Made by a program: the position numbers and the translations under genes. 64,000 nucleotides of DNA, from contig NW_027361697.1 in the NCBI RefSeq assembly GCF_039654945.1, positions 30,132,001 through 30,196,000 on the forward strand, written 5' to 3'. Shown here in pieces: positions 52,114-64,000 of this stretch. The notes under the pieces were generated by a model. The model searched no databases. It saw nothing but the letters and a program-made list of their open reading frames with translations, and was not told the DNA's origin. How positions within the stretch are numbered: the stretch's first letter is position 1; each line of letters opens with the position of its first letter. Source of the stretch: Dendrobates tinctorius (taxonomy: Eukaryota).

Positions 52114-53312
52114 TGAGAGAAAAAAAAATTCCCCCTACAGCCTCAGAGATATAGAGGAAAAAATATACACACTTTTTTTTTTTTTTACAATTCTTTCCTG
52201 CTATTGAGTACCCTAGGATCTGCGGTATGGCTGGTGATTGTGTTATGAATGAGTCACCGTAGGAGGCAAAAACAGAAATACTAGCTAAGTCCAGAAAACC
52301 AGAGAAGTTGGCAGCTATCAGATTGCAGACCCCAGAACCTATCAACAACAACTAGCAGTAGCCGTGGGGGGTTCCTACGGTGCCCTAGACCCCTCGATCA
52401 CAGCCGGAGAACTAAATAGCCTAAAGACAGAAAGGGAAATCTAAACTGCCCCAGAGCAGACCCCAAAGCAAAAGGCAGCCCCCAACATATAATGACGGTG
52501 AAGCAAGATGAAAAAACACTAACACAGATAGAAAGATAGGCTGAGCAAATGATGGGGCCCAAGCTAACTAAATAGGACAGGATAGAAAAGCTGTTGTCTA
52601 CAATCCCCAAAACCCTATCAAAACAAGAGCCAACAGACTGATAGGGAAAAAAGCCCTGAAGACGCTAGGCTTCAAAAAGACTATATCAGTACTCAGGTAT
52701 TTTCTGGAGACAGAGCAAAAAGGAATTCAGCTCACCCCAGCAGGGAATGGCAGAAATCCAGAAAAACAAGGCAAAACAAAACCAAAACACAAATGCAAAA
52801 AGCAGAGCAGAAAACTTAGCTTTTGAGGAGCAGGAATCAGACTGGTCTCCTAGAATCCCTGAGAAATCCCTGAGAAATCACCAGCAAGGCAGAAGGGCGT
52901 TGGCTGCCTTATATCCAGTCAGCAATTCCCATCACCCAGTCATCATCATCCTGCTCAGGTGCTTGGTAATCAGCCTCACCACCTTCCTTCACCAGAAGAG
53001 GGAGTTCATCAGACCTCAATGGTGAAGGGGAAAATGAACTCACAACACATCACCAGGTACTCAAAATGTCCCTCCGGGGTATTAAACGCCGTCTTCCATT
53101 CATTCCCGTGCTTGATGCGAATAAGATTGTACGCTCTCCTGAGGTCAAGTTTGGTAAACCAACAGGCACTTTAACTCTGGAAGCTAAATCAGAAATCAGG
53201 GGTAACGGGTACTGATATTTAACAATGATTTTGTTTAGGGAACGGTAGTCAATACATGGCCTTAATGAGCCATCTTTCTTGGCCACAAAAAAAAAACAGC
53301 ACCCACCTAAAG

Positions 53313-54948
53313 ACTCCGTGTGGATTGTTAATGACATGGACTTTTATATAAGAAGTTTGTCCGTTTTCATCATGTGATGGTTTTTCCTGCCTTCCATTCC
53401 CCTTTTCTTCCCTCCCCTTTCCCTCCCCTTCCCCTTCTTTCCTCAGGTTTTGTTCTTGTGGCTATTTGCCACATGTATACACAAGAGGAACATATTGAGT
53501 CAATTAGGCGATTCAATTTTGGCCTTTTTTGTGGTATTGTGTACTCGGTAATATGAATATATATTAATAATTATAATCATGGCCTGTCATTACATTATAC
53601 ATGGCGACACAAGATATTTATTTATGTAACACCGGGTTCTCTCTATGCCCTCCTTTTTTTTTTTCCCCCCTCCCCCCCTGTCCTTTTCTCCTCCTCGTAT
53701 TTGGGTAATACCAAGAAGATCCTCTTATTGAGGATCATTTGTAGAAATATTATTAATATACGAGGAGAGAGTTATGATCAATTAATATTCCCCAGTTTAT
53801 ATATTAATCATATATTGGTATGTTTAGAGCATCATAACTTTAATTGTGTCCTTCCTTTTTTCCTTTTCCTCCCCCTTCCCTCTCCCTCCCTCCCTTCCCC
53901 TTCCCTGGTCCCACATGAGGGTAATATTAGGAAGATTCTCTGAATGAGGATTATCTGTAGAAATATCATTAATCCTATGATGAGAGAGTTATAACAAATT
54001 TGTATTTTTTAGGATATGTATAAATTTATGCTCGGAGCAGTTTAACTTTATCTGTGCCCCCCCTTTTTATCTGGATCCCCTCTATTCCCTTCCCTATTTT
54101 ATCTTATCTTATCCTTTTTGTGGTTTTGTTTGGTTGTATCTGCCCCGTTGTGGGTGTTCTGGTGACTTGCCCTTTTGTAATATGGCCGCCGGGGTTTATA
54201 AGTGCCGCGCATGCGCACCCGCTGCTCCTGTGTGATGTGCCCAGCCAGTGTCGGGTGCCGGACCACGTGGGCCCGCGTGTTTCCGGCCGCATCATTAGGT
54301 GGGAGGTACCTCTGCAGTGTAGCGGCGGGCGGCGTGTCCGCGGCACTTCCGGTTGGCGCATATAAAAATGTGCATTATGCATGTACCAATCACGCCCCCT
54401 GAGGAAGGAGCCCTAGAGCTCCGAAACGCGCGTCGGGGAGACGAGCAGCCCGCCCGGTCATCCTGAATTTGTCAGTGAGGTAATACCATTATGGGGAAGT
54501 AACCCTTTCAGGGTAGGTTGGGTGCATGTTTAATAGTGCCGGGAACCTTTTCTCTGTTCCCATGGTGTGCTCTAGTAATAAAGCTGATTCTGCCTTGTGG
54601 CAGTATGTGAATGGGATCTGAGGACTTGATTTATAGAGCACGGGCACTATTTTTTCCATTATGGTTATTAGTATATATAGATTCAACATGCGTAGCCAGT
54701 CCATTATATAGGACAGCCTATTTTTACCCCCTATCATTGATAAAATCCTTTTAGGTATGCATTTTTGTAATAGGGTTTGACTGTGGCTTGACTGCTCGTT
54801 TTGCTTTTTTGCACTATTTGCACTTTGGTTGCTATTTGCACATGTCCTCCAGTTGTCCTTTTCTGTCCATTATCTAATAAAGACGTTTTTTACTTCAATA
54901 TTATGGATCTATGGTCGCATTTTTTTCTGTGGTTCTCCACATTCCTCA
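53313..54948 (+). mobile_element. Non-coding Penelope-like/retrozyme-like insertion in the outer Gypsy RT
   Basis: Flanked by CACCCACCTAAAG on both sides (53300-53312, 54949-54961); contains TATA, hammerhead and AATAAA. Confidence 0.7.
54395..54438 (+). ncRNA. Minimal type I hammerhead ribozyme
   Basis: CCCC-CUGAGGA-A-GGAGC(CCUAGA)GCUCC-GAAAC-GCGC-GUC-GGGG. Confidence 0.85.
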
Positions 54949-57613
54949 CACCCACCTAAAGGTGAAGAGGACGGTCTGATATGACTCTTCTCCAACGACT
55001 CCATGATATAAGATCGCATAGCATCATGTTCAGGTACCATAAGTTGAAAAGCTGACCCTTGGGAAATTTACACCCAGGCATTAACTCAATTGCACAGTCA
55101 TAACGCCTATGAGGAGGCAAAGACGCAGACTTATTCTCACTAAATACATCAGAAAAATCAGCCAAATAGTCAGGAATATCATGAGACTGGGGAGAGGTGG
55201 AGAAAGCAGGAGTGTTACTAAGAACACATTGACAACCCCAACTCACCTCAGTCACAGATTTCCAATCCAAAACAGGATTATGGATTTGCAACCAGGGAAA
55301 CCCAAGAACAATGGTATCATGCAAATTGTGCAACACCAAAAATTTACAATTCTCTTGGTGGTCCGGAGCGACCCGCATTATCACCTGGGTCCAAAACTGG
55401 GGTTTATTCTCTGCCAAAGGAGTAGCATCAATACCTCTCAAAGGGATAGGCGTCCGCAGGGGTATCATAGGAAAACCACAATGCTTGGCAAAGTCAAAAT
55501 CCATCAGATTCAGAGCTGCTCCTGAATTAACAAAAGCCTTAGCGGAAAATGTAGACAAGGAGCAGATCAAGGTAATCGTCAAAAGGAACTTAGGCTGTAC
55601 ACTGCCCACCGCAAATGTGTGAGCAAAATGCTTTTCTCGTTTAGGGCAGACAGAAATAGTATGAGAGGCATCCCCACAGATAAAACACAACTTATTACGC
55701 CTTCTAAACTCCCGACGTTGTGCCCTAGACAAAACCCTATCGCATTGCATGGGTTCAGAAGTTTGTTGGAAAGACGGCACCGCCTCTCATGTAGTTTTAC
55801 ATTCACGTAAACACAGATCAATTTGAATGGCCAATGACATAGAGTCATCAAGACCAGAGGGGATTGGAAATCCCACCATAACATTTTTTACGGTTTCTGC
55901 CAGACCCTTCCGAAAGAGAGCTGCAAGGGCATCATCATTCCACCTAGTAAAGACCGCCCACTTTCGGAATCTTTGACAATACAACTCTGCAAAATCCTGA
56001 CCCTGATTCAATGCCAGTAAGGTTCTCACAGCTTGATCAATAGCATTAGGTTCATCATACAACAACCCCAGGGCTTGAAAAAACGCATCCACATTAGCCA
56101 GAATAGGATCTCCGGGTGTCAAAGAAGAAGCCCAATCCTGTGGATCACCGCGCAGCAGGGCGATGACAATTTTAACCTGCTGCACAGAGCACCCCGATGA
56201 GTTAGGTTTCAAGGCAAAAAATAGTTTACAATTATTCTTAAAATTCAAAAATTTAGACCGATCCCCAGAAAACACATCAGGAGTAGGGATTTTTGGTTCA
56301 ATAGCAGATGATTGAGCGAGATAGGCAGAAATTCCCCGCACTTCAGCAGCGAGCTGCTCAACACGATCGGACAATTGCTTTGTCTCCATTTAGACAAAAA
56401 ATCCTCCTACGGCCCCAGAGAAAAAGAGGAAAAAATATACAAAAAAAATTCTGACACTTTTTTTTCTTTTACAATTCCTTCCTTCTTTGAGTACACTAGA
56501 GTCTACAGTAGGGCTTGTGATTCTGTTATGAATGGGTCACCGAGGAGGATGGCAGAAACAGGCTAAGCCACCAGAAAACCAGAGAGGTTGGTAACTAAGC
56601 AGATTGCACACCCCTGATCCTATCCACACAACTAGCAGTAGCCGTGGAGCGTACCTAAGATGTCCTAGGCGCCTCGGCACAGCCGGAGAGCTAACTAAGC
56701 CTAAAGCAAGAAAGGTGAAATCTAAACTGCACCGGAGCAGACCCCAAAAGGAATAGATAGCCCCCAAACATATATTGTCGGTGAGACAAGATGAAACACA
56801 AACGCAGGCAGAAAAATAGACTGAGCAAACGATGGGGCCCAAACTGACTAGACAGGACAGGAAAGGAAAGACACTGTCTGCAATCATGCAAAAACCCTGA
56901 AAAATCCAACACGTCTGATGTACAAAAAAAACCACTGAAGTCACACGACTTCGCCCCCACCATATCAGCACTCCGGTATGAACTGGGAGCAAAGCAAAAG
57001 AGACCAATATACAGGGGACTGAACAAACTGACACAGGCTGTAACATATGGAGCGGTGGTCCAGCACAGCCCAGAGAGGAGCAAGTTGAACCCGCACAAAG
57101 CAGAGAGAGACAAAACCAGATCAGATGCAAAGGATTAGCAAATGAACCACTTAGCTGACAATGTAGGATCAGGGCAGGAAACATCAGACTTCTGAATGCA
57201 CAGGAAAGCAATCACCAGCAGGGATTGCAGGAAGTCTGCAGACTTAAATACTCCAAACAGTAACCCCAGATCTCCAATCATCGCCATCATCAGGTGGCAA
57301 ACCTCTGGCCAGCTCCACTACCTCCAGTAACCACTGGAGGGAGCAGGGGGAGCTTTGGCTCAGAAGTCTGAGCCAGGAAATTCACAACAGTCTCGGAGGT
57401 GGGTGTCCTGTGCCTGGAGATAAACCAGAGGTAGATGTGCTGTGCCTGAAGGAAGGACTAAAGTGTTTAACAGCTGCAAACAGGAGGATATGGTACCCGG
57501 CTGTAGTCTGGAGGATATCAAGGACTGTGTACGACTGTGAGTAAAGAGACATTTACATGGTGGTGTAGTTGCCCACAGAAACTGGTCAGAGGAAGACTGG
57601 CATGTTTAGGGAC

Positions 57614-57853
57614 TAAGAAAACAAAAGATCCTTGTTCCAGCTCCCTTAAAAATGCTGATTCTTTATTGCAAAATAATTTTTTACAGCATAAACATGACGG
57701 CAAATGCTCCCTGAAAAATTGTCAAGTCAAGGCCAAGCGACGCGTTTCGAACTAATGATCTTTATCACAGCTGTTTTATGTTCTAAAAAAAATTTTTACA
57801 ATAAAGAATCAACATTTTTATGGGAGCTGGAACATGTATCTTTTGTTTTCTTC
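57614..57853. repeat. Inverted repeat (about 80-bp arms) enclosing a decayed hammerhead-like motif (minus strand, about 57737-57772)
   Basis: AAGAAAACAAAAGAT...TTCCAGCTCCC...CTTTATTG pairs with CAATAAAG...GGGAGCTGGAA...ATCTTTTGTTTTCTT; GAAACGCGUC on the minus strand. Confidence 0.65.
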
Positions 57854-58299
57854 GTTACAAGTCATCTGATCAGGTGGAGTTTCGTGCACCCTGGAGGTTG
57901 TTGGTTAGCTGGTTTGCTTTGTTTGCTTCTATGGTGTTTAGGAACAACAATATAAAGTATATTGTGTACTGTGCAAACTAAACGAGTAAAGCTGTGAGTA
58001 GAAACATTGACACGGCGCTGCAGTCACCCACAAAAACTGGACAAAGGGAGGTCCAGCATGTTTAGTGAGTGTGCAAACTGAGACTTTAATATGGTGCTGC
58101 AATCGCACCATGGTTACTAGACAAAGGGAGGTCCAGCATGTTTAAGGACTGCAATCTAAAACTGTATAGTAAGTAGTGCTGTGTTTATATGAAATGGACA
58201 CTAGCGTTATATGCACTTGTGTGTGAAATGGACATTTAGTGTGTGAAATAACACATTAAATGTGTTTGAAATTTGTGGGTCATTGCCTTTTCACTGCAT

Positions 58300-58560
58300 A
58301 AGTGTGCTACCGCTGCACTACACCTTCTACTAAAATGTTGCATGCCCTAATCATCTCCCGCCTTCACTACTGCAATAACCACTTCTGTTGGGTTGGCTCT
58401 CAGCTAACACTCTTCCACTTTTCTAGTCCATTCCTAACTCTGCTGCCCAATAAATCAACCTTTCTCCTCGCTGCTTTGCTTCTCCAATTCCCCAACTAAT
58501 CCATTTCAAAGTACTATCATTGACGTACAAGGCTGTCCATAATCTGTCCCTTCCATATAC
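58300..58560 (+). mobile_element. Old L2 fragment
   Basis: LHALIISRLHYCN resembles the L2 RT C-terminal motif. Confidence 0.55.
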
Positions 58561-59119
58561 AGTATCCTCGGATTTACTCCTGCATACCTCCAAGAATGTG
58601 TTTTATACATGTCCCGCGCTGCATGTAAATTACGTCATCTGGTCTGACTAGCGAACCTAGATTGCATTCAGTGCCGCTCTGGTCCCTTCAAATCCTGCCT
58701 CTTCTATCTGGATGTAAGTGAATGATGTATCTATGTCCAGGGCTGCCACTAGGAATTTCGGGGCCCCATACCGGCAAAATTTTCAGGCCCCCTTGAGATT
58801 CCATCCAGGCTCCACCCCAGCTCCGCCTCCACACCTCAAACCTTCCAGAGTCCCACTGCTCACTCTTGGAAAAACTCATCTTCTGCACCACGTTCTCATC
58901 ATCTGATATTAACAGTTTCCAGCAGACACCAGATCACATACATAGCCAGCAACTTTTTTTTGGCCAAAAGAATTTTTAAGCCACCACCTCGACAAGGTAA
59001 ACTCTTTTGGCGGAACCCTACTCTACTCTAACCTATTAAAAAATTCTTAAAGTATCCAAAACTTTTTTAGGTCTATTTTTTTTAAGGGAATGAGTCACAT
59101 ATATTATTTGGAATGACCA

Positions 59120-59720
59120 TTAATACCACATACAAGGGGCAAAAACGGTCACACCATGACCAGACCATATATTACCACCACATAGTGACCAAATAATACC
59201 ACATACAAGGAACAAAGACCTCCATTCCATTACCAGATCACATACTACCATCACATAGTGACCAAATAATACCACATACAGGAAGAAATACAGCCACACC
59301 ATAACCAGATCACATACTACCACCACATAGTGACTGAATACTATAGTACTGATCATTGATAAAAAACACAACACTGATGCCATTATACACAGGAGCTCTG
59401 TATATAATGTCAGTGTACAGGTAATACAGAGATCACTAGAGACATTATACACAGGAGCTCTGTATATGGTATATAGTGTACAGGTAATACAGTGATCACC
59501 AGTGACATTATACACAGGAGCTCTGTATATAATGTCAGTGTACAGGTAATACAGTTATCACCAGTGACATTATACACAGGAGCTCTGTATATAGTGTCAG
59601 TGTATAGGTAATACAGTGATCACCAGTGACATTATATACAGGAGCTCTGTATATAGTCTACAGTGAACAGGTAATAGAGTGTATAGTGTCACTGTACAGG
59701 TAACACACTGACTCACCAGT
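59120..59720. repeat. Two adjacent minisatellites (about 70-bp and about 60-bp units) within a hAT-like non-autonomous element starting near 58738
   Basis: ACCACATACA...CACATAGTGAC repeats followed by TATACACAGGAGCTCTGTATA...GTACAGGTAATACAG repeats; CAGGGCTG...GGGGCCCC start. Confidence 0.75.
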
Positions 59721-59739
59721 GATGTCTCTACCAGAAGTC

Positions 59740-61775
59740 CGTCATCATTGCTTGTCTTTTTCATGCAGCGCAGACCGCCATGATTTCTTCCAGCCAGGAC
59801 TTGTCTCTGCATAAAATAACACAGTTACCTAGAGCCCCGCTTCCAAAGCACATTCCCCACTTTTTCCCTTTCTTCTACACTACACATCTGAATACAGGTG
59901 TGCTACCCACCATTAATATATAATTAGTTATTATGGAATACACCATTCCAAATATAGATTATAATCCACCACTGCGCCCCCACCAACTACAAATAGCCAT
60001 TTTCCCACCTAATAAATATATACATTAATTAGCCCCTGTATTATATCCCCCTATTCATTACCAGTCCATCCTCAACGCCCCCACTATGTGCCTCCCGCTC
60101 CCCCGATTCATTATATTTACATGCCACATCTGACCCAGTTCATTGTCATATCTTCTCTGTCTCCCACCCTCTATTCATTATCAACTGTTCTTTGCCACAT
60201 TCAATACATCATTTACTCCCACCACTCTCAAAATTCAGCATTATTTGCTCTCCCCAGGTCCTCATTTGCTCTCCCCATCCCCCACCTTTAATTCAATTGC
60301 TGTCCCCGTCCCTCACTTCATCATTTGCAGTCCCTCTCACTTCATCATTTCCTGTCCTTTACATGGGCATATCATACAGGCAACTCCATTATAAGTAAAG
60401 GTAAAATATCCTCTTTTTTTCACTGAGTGCACCTATCAATCCTTCCATGTACTCACCTCCTGGTGTTTTGTTATCATACAGATTTTTTTTGCCTAAACAG
60501 TGAATTGGATATTTTTTTATATGAGACTATTACATAGAACCTCACCTTAATAGTGAGCTGGATGGCTCACCATCGCAGTCCTCACAAAAGGTACGACTCC
60601 ATATTAACTGTTTTTTTCTATATGAGCATTCACTTATGGTCCATTTACTATATAACACCCTTTATCATTTTATTAGGAATTGACACATCCTTTACTACAC
60701 TACCGCCTTACCTAATTATCTTAAGCAGTCGGGTAGGTCCGCTTTTCTATTTTTTCAATTTTTTTTTTCTATTACTTTAATTTCCCCCCCTTTCTTTTTT
60801 TTCTCTTATTTTCTTTGTTTCGTTATTCCGTCTGATCAGCTTCAGACCTGATTAACAGCATGTTCATCAGTAATCTTATCTGTTACATTGCTGTCTCAAT
60901 TATTGTACATAATGTCCACAGAAAATTATGATGATTTGGTCATCTTTTTGATTGTAATTTTGCTTTCTTGCTTGTCATGCTTGACCGCAGACTGACGAAG
61001 GCCAGGTTGTTGGCCGAAACGTTTTTGCAGACTGCCTAAATAAAATTCTTCTCCAATCTCATGAATACTAAAAGTTGAGTGCCAAGTTATTTTCATTATC
61101 ACTTCTTGGTTTGGGTAACCTACTTGTGCACCCTGCAGCAGTGCCACGCTATACTTCCACACGTCATCATTCCTTGTGTTTTTCATTAGCGCAGACCGCC
61201 ATCATTTCTTCCAGCCAGGACTTGTCACTGCATAAAATAACACAGTTACCTAGAGCCCCGCTTCCAAAGCATATTCCCCACTTTTTCCCTTTCTTCTACA
61301 CTACACATCTGAATACAGGTGTGCTACCCACCATTAATATATAATTAGTTATTATGGAATACACCATTCCAAATATAGATTATAATCCACCATTGCGCCC
61401 CCACCAACTACAAATAGCCATTTTCCCACCTAATAAATATATACATTAATTAGCCCCTGTATTCTATCCCCCTATTCATTACCAGTCACTGCATCCTCAA
61501 CACCCCCACTATGTGCCTCCCGCTCCCCCGATTCATTATATTTACATGCCACATCTGCCCCAGTTCATTGTCATATCTTCTCTGTCTCCCACCCTCTATT
61601 CATTATCAACTGTTCTTTGCCACATTCAATACATCATTTACTCCCACCACTCTCAAAATTCAGCATTATTTGCTCTCCCCCGGTCCTCATTTGCTCTCCC
61701 CATCCCACACCTTTAATTCAATTGCTGTCCCCGTCCCTCACTTCATCATTTGCAGTCCCTCTCACTTCATCATTT
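59740..61775 (+). repeat. About 610-bp direct duplication (59740-60350 and 61162-61775) flanking an 811-bp insert
   Basis: Near-identical sequence; duplicated ORFs 60088/61513 in the ORF track. Confidence 0.9.
60987..61028 (+). ncRNA. Minimal type I hammerhead ribozyme
   Basis: GCAGA-CUGACGA-A-GGCCAG(GUUG)UUGGCC-GAAAC-GUU-UUUGC. Confidence 0.8.
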
Positions 61776-61967
61776 GCAGTCTCCTTCCCCCTCACTTCAT
61801 CATTTACAGTCCCCCATTCTCCCCCCACTTCATCATGTGCAGTCCCCTTCTATTCATGTGCAGTTCCCCTCCCCCCACTCCATCATGTGCAGTTCCTTTC
61901 TGTTCATATGCAGTTGTAACAAGGTGGCACAGGGTGGTAGTCATGGGCGAGTCCACTAGGTCACAAT

Positions 61968-62508
61968 CAAATAAAGAAGCACTCTGCAGCGCCATAGCAT
62001 GCAAATATGAAATATGAAAATTGAATTGTATTACTGCACTAGAAATATGAAAAATTGAGAATGCTTAGCGCATTAATTGGCCAATTCATGTGTACCTGGA
62101 AGCCACCTTAAGGCGATTCTCGTTTCCAGGACCTAGCAATGCCAATCCTCTCTTAGACTAGTCTTCATCTGTATGGGAACCTAATGTGAATCCTCTCTTG
62201 GACTGAAATCTATATCTCTGTGGAGGGGTAGGGTCCTGATGTGATTAAAAACGCCTGAGGCTAAGAGGCGGAGTGTTCAGTCAGAAGGCTAATGAATACA
62301 AATCAAGAAACTGACCGTCACAGCCAAACATAAACTAGGTGTGAAAAGGTGCTTACCTAGAGTCACCAACTCATATACAATCAAACAAATAAAGCAGCAC
62401 TCTATAGCGCCATAGCTTGCAAATATGAAATATGAAAATTGAATTGCATTACTGCACTAGGAATATGAAAAATTGGGAAAGCTAAGCGCATAAATTAGCC
62501 AATTCATG
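61968..62508. repeat. About 120-bp direct repeats (61968-62090, 62386-62508) bounding a 420-bp unit
   Basis: AAATAAAG.AGCACTCT..AGCGCCATAGC.TGCAAATATGAAATATGAAAATTGAATTG occurs twice. Confidence 0.75.
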
Positions 62509-62512
62509 CTAA

Positions 62513-63033
62513 GATCTGTTTCATACCGCCGTTGTCGGCGGTCAGTTGAAATCCGCCAAAGGATGAGAGCAACTGATCCTTGACGGACGGATGGCAGCGG
62601 AGTTGTTGAAGGAAGGATCCGTGGGAGAAGCAACGTGGCGTAATTTAAAGCAACCGCGAGTTGGATCGCGAGCGGTCGGCCGGGAGGCGGATTGAGAAAT
62701 TCCGGTAGTTGGAGCGAGATCGGGAGTTGGAGCGAGATCGCGCGGACGGGACTCGGGAACGTGAGGTGGGGAGAGAGAGAAAGAGAGATTTTAGCGGCTC
62801 CAGGAAGGGCATTTATGGGTTAATGCTCAAAATAGCGGACCGTCAAAGCAAAAAAACATTGCAGGGTCCGTCTCATCTGCCCGGGAGCCGCTAAAATCTT
62901 GGCGGATCCGTAAAAAAACGGGTGGGACGGATGACCGTCAGTCAAGATCCACCAATAATGTAAGTCTATTGGGGAAAAAAACGGATCCGCCCCTTTTTGA
63001 CTGACGGGAAAATACGGAGGTGTGAAACAGGCC
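62513..63033. mobile_element. Harbinger MITE (521 bp) with element-1-type terminus
   Basis: TAA|GATCTGTTTCATAC ... GTGTGAAACAGGCC|TAA; CGGATCCG motifs. Confidence 0.85.
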
Positions 63034-63119
63034 TAATCAATCGTATTCACGTCTTACAGACACAAGTACAATTGAAGCGCTAAACACCAGGATTGTTGGT
63101 GGAACTGAACACACCGAAG

Positions 63120-63450
63120 ATGGGGGAGGGGTTTTTAGTGCTTGGGGAGCATTTATTGCTTGTGGGGGAGTATTTACTGCATGGAGGGGGTATTTACTAC
63201 TTGGGGGAGAATTTAGTGCGTGTGAGGGTGTATTTACAGTGTGGAGGGGGTATATACTGGGTGTGGGTGGTGTTTACGGTGTGGGGGGTATTACTCTCTG
63301 TGGGGGGGTGCTTAATGTGTGTGCAGGGTACTTGCTTTCTGGGTTAGTACCTACTGTGTGGGGGAGAATATTTACTGGGTGTGGGTGGTGTTTACTGTAT
63401 GGGGGGAGTATTACTGTGTGGAGGGTGTATTTACTGTGTGGGGGGTGAAT
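63120..63450. repeat. Degenerate G-rich short tandem repeat (about 20-bp unit)
   Basis: Recurrent (T)TTACTGTGTGGGGG. Confidence 0.65.
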
Positions 63451-64000
63451 TTAATAACTGTGTGCATGGGTGTGAAAAACAACACAGCAAAACGCCTAGT
63501 GTGAACTTAGTCTTAATGTCATAAAAACAGGAGAAAAGAGAAAGGGGTGGAAAATATAACCATGCTAGGAGCAGATAAAAATTGTAAGGGAAGAGAAAAA
63601 AACAAGAAAAGACTGAATAAATGAAAAGAAAAATAAAAGAGAAATAAACATGAAAAACAATAAAAGTAAAAAATAAAATTAATAAAAATAAAAAAAGAGG
63701 AAAAAACAAAGATAAAAGCGAAAAAATGGAAAATAGACAATGAGTAATGAAAAATAAAACATTACTAAGAAAGAATTATTAATAATAATAATAACAAAAA
63801 TAAGGAAAAGCCTGATGTGCTCCAGATTCCTAAATACATGGGATGAGGAGATTCCGAATATAAAATGGATCAAGAAGAGTATACTGTTTTCTTGAATTAA
63901 TGTATACTTTGATCTCTGCTACATTCACATAATTCTGATACTGCAGATGAGTGCAATGTCCTATATATTAATATATTTTACTGTATTGCAATTATCTATT

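Larger units (their letters stand above)
46422..53047 (-). mobile_element. Full-length Tf1/sushi-type chromodomain Gypsy element
   Basis: LTRs 52241-53047 and 46422-47237; PPT CAAGGGGGAGATAC; TSD CATCAC; order gag-PR-RT-RH-IN-chromo. Confidence 0.96.
46376..57389 (-). mobile_element. Outer chromoviral-type Gypsy element (5' LTR 56524-57389, gag, protease, part of RT), 3'-truncated and multiply interrupted
   Basis: Gag 55787-56389 is highly similar to gag 51394-52113; the RT motif EYLVMPFGLTN is split exactly by the 46422-53047 insertion. Confidence 0.88.

Overview
Eukaryotic, gene-free, almost fully transposon-derived window. The repeat repertoire resembles that of an anuran amphibian, which is an inference from Tc1 IR/DR elements, Tf1/sushi chromoviral Gypsy, Copia, an epsilon-like ERV, L2, CR1, Penelope-like fragments, TTAA piggyBac-like and hAT-like non-autonomous elements, and PIF/Harbinger. 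No host gene, rRNA, tRNA or CRISPR array is supported. Highlights: (1) An apparently fully intact 5.1-kb autonomous Harbinger (31328-36451). By hand splicing it encodes a 410-aa DDE transposase and a 7-exon 606-aa MADF/BESS-like partner with a tandem PPxY low-complexity tail. (2) A decayed relative (15279-21861) that contains a 16-monomer satellite with higher-order structure and triplicated exons. (3) A chromodomain Gypsy family whose three insertions all show 6-bp TSDs, two of them nested within relatives. (4) Covarying self-priming signatures in three LTR families, including a very young non-coding LTR element. (5) Two canonical minimal hammerhead ribozymes plus a variant with an A3:U8 core swap in Penelope-like fragments. 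Coordinates were read by eye and may be off by a few bases.
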